From Sedimentisphaerales bacterium (GTDB taxonomy: Bacteria; Planctomycetota; Phycisphaerae; Sedimentisphaerales; Anaerobacaceae), in NCBI GenBank assembly GCA_040772485.1, contig JAXGYC010000010.1, positions 384,001 to 448,000 on the forward strand: a stretch of DNA of 64,000 nucleotides, given 5' to 3'. A program made the translations under genes and the position numbers. The notes under the pieces are model-generated. The model saw nothing but the letters and a program-made list of their open reading frames with translations, did no database searches and was not told the origin of the DNA. This document shows, in pieces, positions 50,642-62,799 of this stretch (position 1 is its first letter; each line of letters starts with the position of its first letter).

Positions 50642-52399
50642 CTATCCGTTTCCTGGCCTCGACTGCTTTCGGAGGGTCTCCACTGCCTCAGCAAGAGCCT
50701 TCTCATCAGGGGACTTCGTTGCCCATTCGACCCAGAAATCGCGCGTGATGCTTGCAGGGGTAACCAGAGGTTTGTCGAGCTTGATGCGAGTTGGCAGAAG
50801 GACGGCATCGCCGAGCAACACCCCCTCCCCTGTATCCAGAAGGGGGAGAATGTCTGTCACGCCCGCCATTGAATCAGGTACAAGCCTGCGAATGACGGCC
50901 TGATCACTGTCGTTCGTCAATCGAAGAACGAGGAAGTTGTTGCACTGGCTGAGGATGGTCTTGCTCACGTCGGATGGACGCTGACTCACAGCAAGAATCG
51001 AGACCCCATATTTCCTTCCTTCTTTGGCAATTCGTTCAAATGCCGCAAGTGCTTGACGCTGAACAGCGTCTGCGTCCTCTCTGACTGGAAGGTACAGGTG
51101 CGCCTCGTCGCACACCAACGTAAATGGGGTGCGCTTCTCAGGCCGTGTCCAAAACTGCACCTCATATAGTAGTCTCGCGAATGTCCCCGTGACAACAGGC
51201 AGTACATCTGAGGGAACCTCAGAGAAATCTACCACTTTGATGCCGGGGCAATTCTTGTTACTCCCAAGCAGTCTCGCCATCTGGGCTGCCAGCCAACCAT
51301 ACGCGAGGGCTTCCGCCGGGGGTTGGAACAGGAAACCATAGCGCCGGTCCTCAATCTTGGCTTCAAGGCGGGATATGAACCGCGTGAGCTTTCCTTCCCA
51401 ATCTCCCTTGACCGGTCCGGTCTTCCCCTGGCCCTTACGCGTATCATCATCCTGAAGCCGCTTTACCAGATCAGCCAGTTCGTAGGGAATTGGAGAATCG
51501 ACGGTGAATGTCTGACGCACTTCATTCTGCTTCTCATCAGCCAACGTTCTATCCTTGAGTTCCCTGACATGAAGAGTAAATCGCGATGCTTGGTTCGGGG
51601 CATTCTGGTCGCTCCGATCCAGAATCATAGACAACATCTCTTCCCTGTTAAGAAGCCAATAGGGCAGGAAGATGGCATTACTCGGCGGCTTCTTCAGGTC
51701 ACCAGGCCCAGCTATTCGAAAAGGTGAGGCAAACCCGCCTTTCTTCTGGTCAGTCAAGGGGCTATATTCGCCGTGCATATCTAATACGACGATGTTCGGA
51801 TACTTCAACCTGCTCGCCTTCTCCAGTATCAGCGCCACCGCCCAGCTTTTTCCCGATCCGGTACTACCCAAAATTGAGGCGTGGCGCTGGAAGAATTTGT
51901 CTCCGTCAGCTATCGCCACGGCCGTGCGATCGGCCACGAAATGTCCAACCGCAAGCCTCTCGTTCTCTGGCACATTTGCCCCAAGTAGTGCCATGAACCG
52001 TTGGAGGTTCGCTCCTTCGATGAAATAGCATTCGCGATCAACCTGCGGAAAGGAATCAGCTCCTCTCTTGAACACGTTCGTTTTATCGCCATCTACGGTT
52101 CTGTAGGTGCCGACAAGAAAGGCACGCAGCATATCTTTATTGCTCAGGCCGATCGGGATTTCTGTAGCCGTGTCGGCTTCCTCTTCCATCAGGTTTTCCC
52201 CGAGCGTTCGTGTGACTCGCTCGGTCATACCTATGAGATATTCGCGTTCCGTTGTGCCTTTAATGGCCACCAAATTGCCCACCCCGACACGCGTCAAGAG
52301 GATAGGGTCATTCACATCAATCCACACCCTGCTCGTGTCAACCCCCGCCACGCGTCCAAGCAAGGCAGCGCCTTCAAACTGTAGTGCAAACTCAGTCAT
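50642..52399 (-). CDS. herA: HerA/DUF87 ATPase of a Sir2-HerA defence system
   Basis: N-terminal HAS-barrel-like region, Walker A GSTGSGKS, LDMHGEY, Walker B LVCDEAH, RIAKEGRKYG, SQRPS. Confidence 0.9.
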   Translation of the reverse strand: MTEFALQFEGAALLGRVAGVDTSRVWIDVNDPILLTRVGVGNLVAIKGTTEREYLIGMTERVTRTLGENLMEEEADTATEIPIGLSNKDMLRAFLVGTYRTVDGDKTNVFKRGADSFPQVDRECYFIEGANLQRFMALLGANVPENERLAVGHFVADRTAVAIADGDKFFQRHASILGSTGSGKSWAVALILEKASRLKYPNIVVLDMHGEYSPLTDQKKGGFASPFRIAGPGDLKKPPSNAIFLPYWLLNREEMLSMILDRSDQNAPNQASRFTLHVRELKDRTLADEKQNEVRQTFTVDSPIPYELADLVKRLQDDDTRKGQGKTGPVKGDWEGKLTRFISRLEAKIEDRRYGFLFQPPAEALAYGWLAAQMARLLGSNKNCPGIKVVDFSEVPSDVLPVVTGTFARLLYEVQFWTRPEKRTPFTLVCDEAHLYLPVREDADAVQRQALAAFERIAKEGRKYGVSILAVSQRPSDVSKTILSQCNNFLVLRLTNDSDQAVIRRLVPDSMAGVTDILPLLDTGEGVLLGDAVLLPTRIKLDKPLVTPASITRDFWVEWATKSPDEKALAEAVETLRKQSRPGNG

Positions 52400-52443
52400 A
52401 CCTCAAATACCTCCCGCACAAATACATCCAAATCCCACAAACT
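52396..52443 (-). pseudogene. Displaced 3' end of the sir2 gene
   Basis: Reads SLWDLDVFVREVFEV*, in frame with sir2 once the IS is removed; stop overlaps the herA ATG (ATGA). Confidence 0.85.
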
Positions 52444-52444
52444 A

Positions 52445-53709
52445 GTGCCGTTTCCATTAACACAGTATCGGGTTTCTCTGCGGCAGTTTAGGCTACCTTC
52501 TTGGTGTGCCAATAGTATGTCTCCCACTGTGTGACACTGATCTGGCGTTTGCGGTTACGCCAGTCCAGGTAGCTTATGATCGCTTGTTGCTGTTGCTCAT
52601 GACTGCGGTAATCCGTGTTGTCTAAGGTGAACTTCCTCAGGGCCGTCAAATGACATTCAATGCGGTTAAGCCAAGAAGCATTTGTAGGGGTCCAGTAGAA
52701 GCGAATGTTATGGCAGGAGGCATACCGTCGCACCTCGGGCGTACCGTGGTAGCCCGCATTGTCCAGGACGATGTGCAAGGTCTCAGCACGCCGGTAGCGC
52801 CGACGTAGCTGCTTGAGAAACGGCAGGAATGTCGTCCCGTTCTTCACCGTGGTGAATGAGCCGATCAGCGTATCCGACTCCATATCGTACGCGGCGAACA
52901 GGTGCCGTACCCCTCCGGTGCGGCTATACGTGGCCCGCAGGCGATCCACGTGACCGGTTCGGGCATAATGCAGGCCGTGCCGAGGCTGCAGATTCAACGG
53001 CCCAAACTCATCGACACAGATACGCCGGCCTCCTTTCGGCCGTTTGGCGTACAGTCGCCGAAGCCGCCGATACTTGGGCCAGAACTCCGGATCGGTAGAT
53101 TCTTTCCAGGTCTTGGTATGCCGCCAACGGATCTTATGTCGTCGCAACAATTGACGTAGCCACTCTAAAGAGATGCAAGCGACGATCCTCTGCTCCTGGA
53201 GGTACGCACGTAATTTCGATAAGGACCATACACTCATCTGGATCAGAGCCTTCGGCGGTGACAGGGCCACTTCATAGATTTGTTCGATGGTATCGGAGAA
53301 GAACTTCACAGGGCCCGTGCATCCACAATAATAGGGATACCAGGTGATGCTCTCGATCCCGCCACGATTGAAGCGATGGAGGACGCGGCGAACCCACGCC
53401 GGTGAGCAGTCGCACCGGTCGGCGATCGAAGCGTTCTGGAGGCCGCCGCGCGATAGAAGGATGATGCGAGCGTGTCGACTGTTGACCAGATTGGTGGATT
53501 GTTGTTTCATGCGATGTAGCTTTCGCGACTCATACGGCTTCAGCGTTCGTGCTCGAACCTTGTCCATGGCAAGTTCTCCACTTTGGTCTTCCGAAATCTC
53601 CAAGTGGAGAACCTATCTATATCACCTCTCGTGTTGGCGCAAGTCCTTTCTTAGACCGCCGTTACGATGATTTAACAATGTCACGAAACTCGCCCACTGG
53701 AAACGGCAC
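52445..53709 (-). mobile_element. IS630-family insertion sequence (1265 bp)
   Basis: Terminal IR GTGCCGTTTCCA/TGGAAACGGCAC, TA duplicated at 52443-44 and 53710-11 within a CTAG target. Confidence 0.93.
52488..53567 (-). CDS. IS630 transposase
   Basis: HTH N-terminus, VDEFG, VLDNAGYH, WLNRIE DDE motifs. Confidence 0.92.
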   Translation of the reverse strand: MDKVRARTLKPYESRKLHRMKQQSTNLVNSRHARIILLSRGGLQNASIADRCDCSPAWVRRVLHRFNRGGIESITWYPYYCGCTGPVKFFSDTIEQIYEVALSPPKALIQMSVWSLSKLRAYLQEQRIVACISLEWLRQLLRRHKIRWRHTKTWKESTDPEFWPKYRRLRRLYAKRPKGGRRICVDEFGPLNLQPRHGLHYARTGHVDRLRATYSRTGGVRHLFAAYDMESDTLIGSFTTVKNGTTFLPFLKQLRRRYRRAETLHIVLDNAGYHGTPEVRRYASCHNIRFYWTPTNASWLNRIECHLTALRKFTLDNTDYRSHEQQQQAIISYLDWRNRKRQISVTQWETYYWHTKKVA

Positions 53710-54706
53710 TAGGCCCTGCCAGATCCTCTTGCGAATGTCGATCAACGTATCGCGTCCCAAGTGACCCGGCGGGGCCGGGTGCAGTGAGTGCGAACATCCC
53801 ATCACATTCACTGATTAGTTTCTTACCTTTCTCTGACAGTCTTCGGACCAGGACAAGGGCTGGTGCTCCAGCTCTCAGCTTGGGAGCAAGATGTGTCTGA
53901 AGATGATCGTCGTTGAATCCATACCCTAGGATCAAGAAGCGTGTCGCACGGTCAATGCACTCATTTGCCTTCTCACGGTGAGCATCAAATGGCCGGTCGT
54001 AGCCTGTCCGGAATTTGTTGAGGCCGGGCGTTATTATTAGGCGCGGCTGGGGAAGATCAAAGGGACATCGCACGGGATCTCCATTCAATAGGAACCAGTC
54101 AAGACTGCCATGCGGCTTAAGCAGCAATACCCTGTCTGTATACTCCAGACGAACGTAACGACCTGACTTAAGCCGCGCATCGCGGCAGAAGCTCATTCGG
54201 CTCTTCTTCTCATCGAAGACTCCCAGATGGTGACCAACAAACATTGTATCCACGCCCAAGCCAGCCATCTCAGCCGCGATTTCGATAAGCCGGTCGTAAT
54301 TGGTTGTGATGACGGGGATGCCAGCTTGGGGCTTCAACACGTGAGGCAACAGTCGTGTGAACCGTAAGGTCTTGCGGCCGCCGAGAATCTCGTCGATAAC
54401 TGCACGCTCCCGTCGCACGAGGAGTTCCGCGGTAGCCTCCACGATATGCGACTCAAGTGGTGCGCTCGGCGCCTTCTTGAGCATTGCCTCTTCGATGTTC
54501 AGCCCCCCTTGGAGTAGGTTGGCGATCTCTTGCCAGTCTTCCTGATCGGCGTCCTTTGTACGATCGGGAATCTTCTCTTGCAGGAAGCGAGCAACTTCTT
54601 CCATGCCTGGCAAGCCTTCCGCGCACGAAAGGCCACTTCCGATAATGGTTACCAGACCGTCGGTAAAATGGCCCTGGAGTCTCTGCTTAAGCTCGTGGAT
54701 ATGCAT
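53681..54706 (-). CDS. SIR2-like (SIR2_2) NADase, C-terminus replaced by IS630 sequence
   Basis: GSGLS, TTNYD, LKPHGS, GYGFNDDH. Confidence 0.9.
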   Translation of the reverse strand: MHIHELKQRLQGHFTDGLVTIIGSGLSCAEGLPGMEEVARFLQEKIPDRTKDADQEDWQEIANLLQGGLNIEEAMLKKAPSAPLESHIVEATAELLVRRERAVIDEILGGRKTLRFTRLLPHVLKPQAGIPVITTNYDRLIEIAAEMAGLGVDTMFVGHHLGVFDEKKSRMSFCRDARLKSGRYVRLEYTDRVLLLKPHGSLDWFLLNGDPVRCPFDLPQPRLIITPGLNKFRTGYDRPFDAHREKANECIDRATRFLILGYGFNDDHLQTHLAPKLRAGAPALVLVRRLSEKGKKLISECDGMFALTAPGPAGSLGTRYVDRHSQEDLAGPSAVSSGRVS

Positions 54707-54980
54707 ATCAGATCAAATTCAGCCAAGTCTCAGTATGCATTGGGCTTCGGTCCGCCCCGGGCGGCGCACTTCCCAGCTTCGCGCAAACACCCGAGGCCAA
54801 GAATCAGATTCCTGACAGCTCTCTCACCGCAGTATTCGCTGTCTATCCCTGCTGTTCCCGGTGTCTCATCCGTATTATCGGCAAACGATGAACAGACAAT
54901 TACATGATCTGAGCTGGATCAGCAATTCCGCGCGGAATTCTGCCAGATCCGCGGCGGGTCTGCTCTTCTCCGGTGATAGA

Positions 54981-55354
54981 AGGCGGGCACGGATAATCAA
55001 AGGGGGGAATTAAAAGTGTCCGGTACAATTGTCGGGTCGAATGCAGGGCGAATGATGATTCGGCCCTACGATGGGCGGGCAAGGGCGAAGGTGGGAAGGG
55101 TCTGAAGGGTGCGAAGGGTGTGAAGGGGCGAAGGGGGCGAAGGGTGCGAAGGGTGTGAAGGGTCTGAAGGGTGCGAAGGGGTGCGGCGGGCGGAGTTTTG
55201 AGCGCTTGGTGTTGAGTTTTGAGTATGCGGCCTGCGGCTGAGTTTCAAGTGACAAGCGACAAGTTTGAAGTACGCCGCTTCACGCATCCCGCGTCATGCA
55301 GGCCGGAGGCTGGAGGCGGTAGGCCGGAGGAATCACGATTGACGCCATACGCAC
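54981..55354 (-). repeat. 374-bp inverted repeat, right arm
   Basis: Reverse complement of 50157-50530. Confidence 0.93.
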
Positions 55355-55471
55355 CCCGCCCAACTCGCGAAGCCTGCCCCGAGCGGAGCCGAGGGGAGAT
55401 GCCAGATCCGGCGGCCGCCGTGGGCGAGTGAACAACGGCCATACAAGGGCAAGATGCCCTCGCCACGGCGC

Positions 55472-55509
55472 AAAAGGAAAGGCCGGCTCGTGTTTCACGA
55501 ACCGGCCTT
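55472..55509 (-). terminator. rrn operon terminator
   Basis: Minus strand AAGGCCGGTTCGTG-AAA-CACGAGCCGGCCTT-TCCTTTT just after the 5S gene. Confidence 0.75.
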
Positions 55510-55513
55510 GTAA

Positions 55514-55625
55514 TTCCTGGCGATGACCTACTCTCACGCTTACGCACTACCATCGGCCTGGACGGGCTTAGCTTCTGAGTTCGGCATGGGATCAGGCGTT
55601 TCCCCGTCAGTAACGTCACCAGGAA
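55514..55625 (-). rRNA. rrf: 5S rRNA
   Basis: TTCCTGGTGAC...CCTGATCCCATGCCGAACTCAGAAGCTAAG...GCCGATGGTAGTG...GAGAGTAGGTCATCGCCAGGAA. Confidence 0.93.
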
Positions 55626-55830
55626 ACTCGTTATATCAGGCGAGGGCCTGATATAGTCAGAAGGAAAAAGGGCACAGCGGAGCCGGAACGACACGAACTG
55701 TCCAGCGGGGCCGAAGCCCTTCCACTGTTGCCTTTGCTCTTCGACAGTATTCACTTTTCGAAAAGTCCATAGCGGATATGGATCTGAGCGGCATTGTAGC
55801 GATGCATCAATCCGTCAACCAGAGATTGAT

Positions 55831-58761
<2,931 letters not shown>

Positions 58762-58892
58762 ATCAATCTCGGATTGACCGCGATTGACTGGCATCGCCTA
58801 CAAATGAGCGCTCAAAATGTCCAAGCCCTCCACTTCAGATCAGTGGAGATGACTCGGTGGGATTTCTCTTTCCCACATATCCGCCTATGGAC

Positions 58893-58920
58893 TTGTCAAA
58901 GAACGCCGCCTTCCGGCGGC
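58893..58920 (-). promoter_or_regulatory. boxB hairpin + boxA antitermination site
   Basis: Minus strand GCCGCC-GGAA-GGCGGC then GTTCTTTGACAA. Confidence 0.65.
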
Positions 58921-59025
58921 TATAAAAAACGGCTATCTTAACGCCGATTTTATACCCTGCAACTGCAATCTTGCTGCTTTCGAAACTTTTTCTTTCGATC
59001 CGGCCCCCCTGCCCTGCGGGGGCAA

Positions 59026-59098
59026 TGGAGACGACCGGGATCGAACCGGCAACCTCCGGCTTGCAAAGCCGGCGCTCTCCCAATTGAGCTACGTCCCC
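59026..59098 (-). tRNA. tRNA-Ala(TGC)
   Basis: GGGGACGTAGCTCAATTGG...TTTGCAA...GGTTCGATCC...CGTCTCCA; G3:U70 pair; CCA not encoded. Confidence 0.96.
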
Positions 59099-59232
59099 AA
59101 GACCCATCGATTATGGATTATTGATAAATGATTATTGATCATTTACCAGCAACCGTTTCGGGCCGACGACGCAACCGCTCCACCCCATCCCTCGACCCAT
59201 CATCAATTGTCATTCATCGATAATCAATCGAA

Positions 59233-59306
<74 letters not shown>

Positions 59307-59568
59307 TTCGTCAAGGTGTTCTGCGTCAAAGCTCACAACACCCTATAGCCTCAATTGACTTAGAATGCCGGTTATTGTTAGTCTGTAGTTTCAAAAGAGC
59401 AACAAAAAAACCGCTGCTTTTCACTGCCAGCGGTTCCCACCTCACCAGACTTTTCGTCTGCGGCAGTTAGAGCAAGAACTTTCGAGTTTGAAGCACTCTA
59501 TCCAAAATTCTTGTTTACCCCTTAGCAATGGGCGACTTTCATCGCCTCAGCCATATCTGAGAAACGCA

Positions 59569-59630
59569 ATTCTATTGCCCGATCGACACCCGGTCAATAC
59601 CCTTTTTACGTTTTTTTCATAATTTTTGTT
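59569..59630 (-). promoter_or_regulatory. Strong rrn-type promoter with UP element
   Basis: Minus strand A-tracts, TTGACC-17 nt-TAGAAT. Confidence 0.8.
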
Positions 59631-60070
59631 CCACCCTTCCCCGGGGGCGTATCTCGTCGCTCGTCGCCCGCAGGACGGTGGCAGGCCCCGCCGGCCGCAA
59701 AAAGGCCCGCCGTGAGGCCAAAACAAGGCCAGGAACGCCGTATCTCGAATCTCGTATCTCGCCCCTCGCACAGCCCCGGAAATGCCGCTGCAAGCACGAA
59801 ATCCGAAACTCGAAATGCCGTATCTCGTCGCTCGTCGCCCGTCGCTCGCAGCAAGCCGACAGGCCCCCCGGCCCACGCCGGGCAGGTTCGGAGCATTCGT
59901 GCTTCGTGCTTCGGGTTTCAAGCCTTCCCCCAATGGCGGATCACGGGGCACGAGCCACGAGCGACCGGACACAAGCGACAAGATACGAGATACCAGATAC
60001 GAGATACGGTTCTGAGCCCCCTGTCCTACTCCGACCTCTTCAGTCTACAATTCAGGAGGTAGAAGCGTAG

Positions 60071-60540
60071 ATGCGTGAAACCGCCGATGAAGATCGTTCT
60101 CGATACCCACGTCCTGATGTCGTGAGGCCTTCGTTCGTAGTGGCGTCGTCAGACGCTACTTGTTGAATGGGTATGCTCATTGGTAGGGGCGAAGCATGCT
60201 TCGCCCTTCCTCCGTGCGCGTGGGAATACGACGACGGGGGTGAAAGTCGTCCGGCTGCAAACGCTCCTTCCTCCGTGCGCGTGGGAATACGACGGACAAC
60301 CCCTCCGCAGTGATCCCGACGCCGATCCTGATGCGTTTCGGGATCAGATCAGGACAGAACGCTACGGCGTATCGGGCGGCAGGCAAGGGCGAGGCATGCC
60401 TCGCCCCTACAAGCACGGCAAACCCCACCGCTTATCTCCAGGCCATTCGTTCGGGATGCCTTTGGTTCGCCCGCGCGCTTGACGCCGCCGCGACAATGCC
60501 CGATATTCCGACGGGCCAAGACATTGGGAGTCGTGCGCAA
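60071..60540 (+). repeat. About 450-bp direct repeat module, copy 1 (PIN stub + REP-B + REP-A doublet + promoter)
   Basis: Aligns with 61369-61806; contains an internal duplication of CTTCCTCCGTGCGCGTGGGAATACGACG. Confidence 0.88.
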
Positions 60541-60694
60541 GCTGCCTGGCAGGCCAGGCGTCGCGAGCGATCAAATCATCTTTCCCTTGCCTTGGCGCCG
60601 CCGCATTGTACAATGGCCCTGTGCATACGCAGCGGATGCCTTGTCGGCCAGGAGAGAAGCCGTACATTATCCGCTGCGCTCTTGAGGTGAGGCC

Positions 60695-61003
60695 ATGGTC
60701 AGCCGGAACATTGACATTCCGATGGACAGGATCGAGCTGTTCTGCCGCCGCTGGAAGATCAGGGAGTTCTCTCTGTTCGGGTCGGTCCTGCGCGCCGACT
60801 TCGGACCCCATAGCGACGTGGATGTGCTGGTGAGTTTCGAGCCGGCGGCCGAATGGGACCTGTTCCATCTGGTCGAGATGCGCGATGAACTGATCGCCCT
60901 GTTCGGACGCGACGTCGATCTGGTCGAACAGGAGGGTCTGCGAAATCCGTTCCGCCGGCGCACCATCCTCGACACACGGGAGGTGATCTACCGTGCCGCG
61001 TGA
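60695..61003 (+). CDS. MNT/MntA-like nucleotidyltransferase antitoxin
   Basis: LFGSVLRADFGPHSDVDVLV (GSx10DxD), FGRDVDLV. Confidence 0.92.
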   Translation: MVSRNIDIPMDRIELFCRRWKIREFSLFGSVLRADFGPHSDVDVLVSFEPAAEWDLFHLVEMRDELIALFGRDVDLVEQEGLRNPFRRRTILDTREVIYRAA

Positions 61004-61340
61004 CGCCGATGATGCCTCGTTGCTCTGGGACATGCTCGAAGCGGCCCGCAAGGTCCGCCAGTTCGTTGCCGGCAAGACCTTTCACGTGTACGCGCAGGAC
61101 GAGGTGCTTCAGGCCGCCGTGGAACGAAAGCTGGAGATCATCGGTGAGGCCGCACGCGGCGTGTCGGACGATTTCCGGCGGGACCACCCGGAAATCCCAT
61201 GGCGAGGGATCATCGGCCAACGGCACTTCCTCGCTCACGAGTACGGCGAGGTCCGCCAGGAGAAACTCTGGCGCGTCGCCACCGTACGCATCTCCGAACT
61301 GATCGAGCAGTTGGAAAAACTGATCCCCCCCGCCCCCTGA
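60993..61340 (+). CDS. HEPN/DUF86 (HepT-like) toxin
   Basis: LEIIGEAA, HPEIPW, RHFLAHEY (Rx4HxY). Confidence 0.92.
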   Translation: MPRDADDASLLWDMLEAARKVRQFVAGKTFHVYAQDEVLQAAVERKLEIIGEAARGVSDDFRRDHPEIPWRGIIGQRHFLAHEYGEVRQEKLWRVATVRISELIEQLEKLIPPAP

Positions 61341-61368
61341 CCCATTCCGGCGTCGCTTCGGCGGTCTC

Positions 61369-61806
61369 ATGCGTGCGGAAGCGGCGATGAAGATCGTTCT
61401 CGATACCAACGTCCTGATGTCGGGAGACCTTCGTTCGCAGTGGCGTCGTCAGACGCTACTTGTTGAACAGGTATACTCGCACGAGCACACGAAGAACGAA
61501 AGACCCGTTGGTAGGGGCGAAGCATGCTTCGCCCTTCCTCCGTGCGCGTGGGAATACGACGGACAACCCGTCCGCAGTGATGCCGACGCCGATCCTGATG
61601 CGTTTTGGGATCAGATCAGGACAGGACGCTACGGCGTATCGGGCTGCAGGCAAGGGCGAGGCATGCCTCGCCCCTACAAGCACGGCAAACCGCGCCGCTC
61701 ATTTCCATGCCGTTCGTTCCGAATACCTTCAATTCCCTCCTGCGCCTGACGCCGCCGCGACAATGCCCTATATTCAAAGCGGCCAAGAGACTATGAGTCG
61801 TGCGAA
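61369..61806 (+). repeat. About 450-bp direct repeat module, copy 2
   Basis: Aligns with 60071-60540; begins with the MKIVLDTNVLMSG PIN-toxin stub (ATG 61387). Confidence 0.88.
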
Positions 61807-62028
61807 ATGAGCCCGCAAACGGAAAACGTGATAAAGGAAGCGCTTCAGCTCCCGCGAGAGGCGAGGGCCCTGATTGCCGAGAAGCTGCTGGAGAGCCTGG
61901 ACCTGGACGAGCCCTTTGAACTCAGCGACGAATGGCGGCAGGAAATCGCCCGACGATGCCGCGAGATCGACCAGGGGGCGGTTGATCTGGTCCCCACCGA
62001 CCAGGTCCTCAAGGAAAAATGTACCTGA
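61807..62028 (+). CDS. Putative addiction-module antitoxin (TIGR02574-like)
   Basis: EALQLPREARALIAEKLLESLD...W..EI.RR...G.V..VP..QV. Confidence 0.8.
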   Translation: MSPQTENVIKEALQLPREARALIAEKLLESLDLDEPFELSDEWRQEIARRCREIDQGAVDLVPTDQVLKEKCT

Positions 62029-62046
62029 CACCTTTAATTCCCCCCC

Positions 62047-62245
62047 CAGCTCCCGCGTGAGGCAACAGCCCTGATTGCCGAGAAGCTGCTGGAGAGCCTG
62101 GACCTCGACGACCCCTTTGAACTCACTGACGGATGGCCAGAGGAAATCGCTCGACGATGCCGCGAGATCGACCAGAAGCGATTGGTCTGGCCCCCGCCGA
62201 CCAGGTCTTCAAGGAAAAATGTACCTGACACCTTTAATTCCCCCC
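62047..62245 (+). pseudogene. Degenerate tandem duplicate of the addiction-module gene
   Basis: Near copy of 61847-62045, lacking the 5' end and carrying indels. Confidence 0.8.
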
Positions 62246-62586
62246 GCGGAAGAGCCGCTGACCTGCGAGACATCCGCCCGGGACCTTGAGTGAGCGTGTG
62301 GAACATGCAGCATAAGGGCGGGGGCGATAACGCAGAGAAAAACTACCAGAGCCGGAGACTCGAACGGTGGTTTCAGTCGGCCTTTGACGCGGACAGATTC
62401 AAATATAAGGCATTGTAGCCAAAGTACTTAGCTGCCTTATGTCTGTTTGTTTTGAAGTGCCGTGGAGAGGGAGTAAGTGGATGCGCAATGAAGAAGTATA
62501 TGTAAATTGTATATTATATGGCCAAATACTGCTTGACCTATGGCCGAATAATACGTATCGTTATAGTGGGTATGTGGAGTTGTGCG

Positions 62587-62799
62587 ATGGCCGAAAAGAA
62601 AACGATGACATTGAATCTGACGGACCAAGAAATGCGCACCCTCGACGAAATGTCAACCAGGAAAGGCATGAGCAAGACCGCTGTAATTCGCCAGGCACTT
62701 GGGTTGTACCAATTGGTCTCGGCACGGATCGCAAACGGCGAGAAGTTCTTCTTTGAGGATGAGAAGTCTAACAAGAAAGCTGAACTGATGGTTGTATGA
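62587..62799 (+). CDS. CopG/ribbon-helix-helix protein (candidate antitoxin)
   Basis: MTLNLTDQEMRTLDEMSTRKGMSKTAVIRQAL; ATGA overlap with the next gene. Confidence 0.8.
   Translation: MAEKKTMTLNLTDQEMRTLDEMSTRKGMSKTAVIRQALGLYQLVSARIANGEKFFFEDEKSNKKAELMVV

Noticed and set aside
54750..54810. Third copy of the 80-bp leader upstream of sir2
   Set aside because: Only short matches (TCCGCCCCGG, CCGAG..GAATC); too weak to support by eye.
50157..55354. Composite transposon driven by the IS630 transposase
   Set aside because: IS630 has its own short IRs and TA duplication inside sir2; the 374-bp arms share no sequence with them and no target duplication was seen.
59405..59440. T-box riboswitch (GGTGGGAACCGC before a terminator)
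   Set aside because: Imperfect match to GGTGGNACC and no recognisable stem I/specifier loop; kept only as a generic attenuator hypothesis.
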